Shown here one piece after another: positions 52,798 through 55,086 of a DNA stretch of 55,086 bases. The position numbers and the translations under genes were made by a program. Origin of the DNA: Candidatus Woesearchaeota archaeon. Its GTDB lineage: Archaea > Nanobdellota > Nanobdellia > Pacearchaeales > GW2011-AR1. The stretch lies in assembly GCA_964485325.1 (NCBI GenBank), contig CAZAIT010000002.1, positions 1 through 55,086 on the forward strand, in the 5' to 3' direction. Positions within the stretch are counted from its first letter, which is position 1. The number at the start of each line of letters is the position of its first letter. The notes beneath the pieces are model-generated. The model ran no database searches. It was not told where the DNA came from and worked only from the letters and a program-made list of their open reading frames with translations.

Positions 52798-55086
52798 ATG
52801 AAAAAAATATTTAAAAAAGCTATGACAGTTTTGAGTGGAGTTGCTTTAATTGGAATGACTGTAGGTGTGGCTTCTGCCGCTGCTTACCCTGCTCCATTTA
52901 CAAGTAATACTGCTATCGTTGTTGGTGCTAATGCAGCTCCATCTGATGGTATCGCTGCTTCTCTTATCGCTGCTGATTTAGACGCAAACGCTGTTGTAAC
53001 TACAACTGCTGGTGGAACTATTACTGGTGAAACTGCAAGTCTTGAAAGTGGTTCAGATCTTCTTTATTTAAATGATGAATTGAATGAAAATGTTCAGACT
53101 TTAACTAAAACTGATTTACCTACAGTCTTGGCTGATGGAACTTTTGTAGATGATGCTGGTACTAGCTATGATTATGAACAAACTATTGTCATAGGAACTA
53201 GCGCAACTAACAATTTTGCATTTGGTAACACAGATAATGATTTAGATGATCCAGCTTTAATGCTTGAATTATCTAATACTGCTGCAACTGAAGTTTACAC
53301 ATCTACTGTTACTTTCAATAAGGCTATCAATTTTACTTCCTCTAATTCTGAAGGAGAAGAGATTGTTCTTTTTGGAAAAACATACACTGTTGGAACTGCT
53401 ACTGATAGTAATACTTTGATATTACTTGGTGGTGCTGATGCTGCAACTATTAACGTTGGAGAATCTACAACAATGGTTGTTGATGGAATATCTTATGATG
53501 TTTCTTTAGTAGGTTTAAGTTCTGCTACAACTACACAAGCTAGTGTAAGTGTTAATGGAGAGACAAAGACTTTCACACAAGGTCAAACTAAGACTATTGG
53601 TGGAATCGATGTATACGTAAAGACCGTTTTCCGAACAGGAGACGATGCTGGATATGCTGAGGTTCAACTTGGTGCTGATAAGTTAACTCTTGAAACAGGT
53701 AATGCTGTTCAAACTGGTTCTGATGCTGATGATATAGAAGGAACTTTGGTTACTTTTACTCCATCTTCTGCTACAGGCGTTGAAGCTTTAACTAAGATAC
53801 AGATTGAAGTTGCTGCTGAAGACAATGATAACAACCATTTAATGGTTGGAGAATCATTTGTTGATTCAGTTTTTGGTAGTTTTATGTTGAATTTTAATAG
53901 TGTTGTGAATGGTCCTACATTTACAGACCAGAAAGATACTGGTAGAACTACTCTTGAAATCCAAAAAGGTGGAAATCGAGAACTTCAAGTTGAGCTAACT
54001 GATAATGCTGGTAATACGGCTACTATCCCATTTGCATTTGAAACTAATTTAGCTGATGATGATGGTAAAACTATTGAAATTGTAGAAGGTGCTTCTATTG
54101 CACAAGATGAATATTTCATCTTAAACAGTGGAAATAATCAACATTTTATGCAAATGACAAAAGTTAATATGGTAGCTGCTACTCTTGCTAATAGCGATGT
54201 AGCTATGAAGGATTTAATAAGTGGAACTACTTATACATTCGATAATCATGACTTTAATGCTGGATATTCCGCAACTATCTCTGGGCAAACTTATAACATT
54301 ACTAATGTTAGTTCTACAGAAATAAAAGTGGTTTCAAGTGATTATGGGATTGGTACAGGTATTACTAATGGTAACGTTGTAGATGTTTTCCCAATGATAG
54401 AACTTATCTCTGGTGAAGATACTCGATTTGCTTTTACAGATAGTGTATTGGTTCTTGATGACTTTGTTAATGGTGTCGCAAAGACTGTTACATTGAATTT
54501 ACCTACTGGAACTCTAGAAATTGCGGCTACTGCTGCTGCAAATGTAACAACTGTTGCTGATGTAAATCTTCCAATTAATACTGGAATTAATACATTAGTT
54601 GGAGATGTTTACTATAATGTTTCCTCAACACTTACAGTTGCGAATACAACAGATATTACTGTTGCCATTGCCGCTGCTCCTGCTACAGGAGGTCTTGCTG
54701 TAACTACTCCAGGTCTTCTATTTGTAGAGGATGAGGATAAATCTGACGGAACTACAAAGCCAGCTATCCATATAGTTACAACTGATACTGGTGCTAGTGG
54801 ATATACTACTGTTTCTTCTCCTGTATTCTCAGGAGTTACTGGGGATGCTGATTTCGATACTGAAACATGGGACGATACTGACCTTACAGGTTGGTTGACT
54901 AACTATGGTACATACGTATGGAAGGATACTAGTGATTCAAATCAGAATTTTGTTGGTTTGAGTTATGGTGATGCTATGATGTATGCTGAGGTTTCTTTCG
55001 CTGAAGGCGAAGTTTCTACAACTACATCTGCTCCAACTGAAGCTGGTGTTATGACTGTTATGGATGACGCTGTGTCATCTGTTGCT
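52798..55086 (+). CDS. S-layer protein, 3'-truncated by the window edge (not in ORF track)
   Basis: Hand translation gives an open frame of 763 codons to the window end. It has a signal peptide MKKIFKKAMTVLSGVALIGMTVGVASAAA/YPAPF, then TSNTAIVVGANAAPSDGIAASLIAADL, typical of archaeal S-layer N-termini. The composition is Thr/Ala/Gly/Asp-rich. A strong SD (AAGGAGGT) lies at 52781-52788. Confidence 0.8.
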   Translation, partial: MKKIFKKAMTVLSGVALIGMTVGVASAAAYPAPFTSNTAIVVGANAAPSDGIAASLIAADLDANAVVTTTAGGTITGETASLESGSDLLYLNDELNENVQTLTKTDLPTVLADGTFVDDAGTSYDYEQTIVIGTSATNNFAFGNTDNDLDDPALMLELSNTAATEVYTSTVTFNKAINFTSSNSEGEEIVLFGKTYTVGTATDSNTLILLGGADAATINVGESTTMVVDGISYDVSLVGLSSATTTQASVSVNGETKTFTQGQTKTIGGIDVYVKTVFRTGDDAGYAEVQLGADKLTLETGNAVQTGSDADDIEGTLVTFTPSSATGVEALTKIQIEVAAEDNDNNHLMVGESFVDSVFGSFMLNFNSVVNGPTFTDQKDTGRTTLEIQKGGNRELQVELTDNAGNTATIPFAFETNLADDDGKTIEIVEGASIAQDEYFILNSGNNQHFMQMTKVNMVAATLANSDVAMKDLISGTTYTFDNHDFNAGYSATISGQTYNITNVSSTEIKVVSSDYGIGTGITNGNVVDVFPMIELISGEDTRFAFTDSVLVLDDFVNGVAKTVTLNLPTGTLEIAATAAANVTTVADVNLPINTGINTLVGDVYYNVSSTLTVANTTDITVAIAAAPATGGLAVTTPGLLFVEDEDKSDGTTKPAIHIVTTDTGASGYTTVSSPVFSGVTGDADFDTETWDDTDLTGWLTNYGTYVWKDTSDSNQNFVGLSYGDAMMYAEVSFAEGEVSTTTSAPTEAGVMTVMDDAVSSVA

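Overview
The window is AT-rich (roughly one-third GC by eye), compact and clearly archaeal. It carries a dense set of information-processing genes: RadA, TBP, TFB, MCM, a GINS-like subunit, ATP-dependent DNA ligase, a RecJ/GAN-like nuclease, thermosome, SRP54 and FtsY, Cbf5 and Nop10, TruD, Bud32, aIF2-alpha, and ribosomal proteins S15, S27e, S3Ae, L44e, S8e, S19e, L39e and L31e. The AT-richness, short intergenic gaps, many overlapping start/stop codons and several giant surface proteins suggest a small-genome DPANN-type archaeon; that placement is inference only. Between the housekeeping genes lie accessory blocks: (i) a pilin-like operon (class III signal peptides) ending in an A24 prepilin peptidase (1-2938); (ii) a large Cys-rich repeat protein interrupted at a G8 tract (4263-7488); (iii) a GmrSD-like DUF262/DUF1524 gene (12638-14461); (iv) a pilin-headed 616-aa protein coupled to a 1943-aa secreted giant (21843-29524); (v) a six-gene secreted/membrane-protein cluster (46168-51766). 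Several items are absent from the ORF track and were read from the sequence: Nop10, S27e, four tRNA-type genes, and a 5' S-layer protein gene that runs off the right edge (52798->55086). The most unusual locus is tRNA-Leu(UAG). An exact 30-nt copy of its 5' end lies 727 bp upstream, and an intact double-motif LAGLIDADG endonuclease ORF sits between the copies and terminates on the tRNA anticodon. A GC-rich, hairpin-dense segment of about 225 nt (51767-51990) looks like a structured ncRNA that I could not classify. No CRISPR array or rRNA gene was seen.
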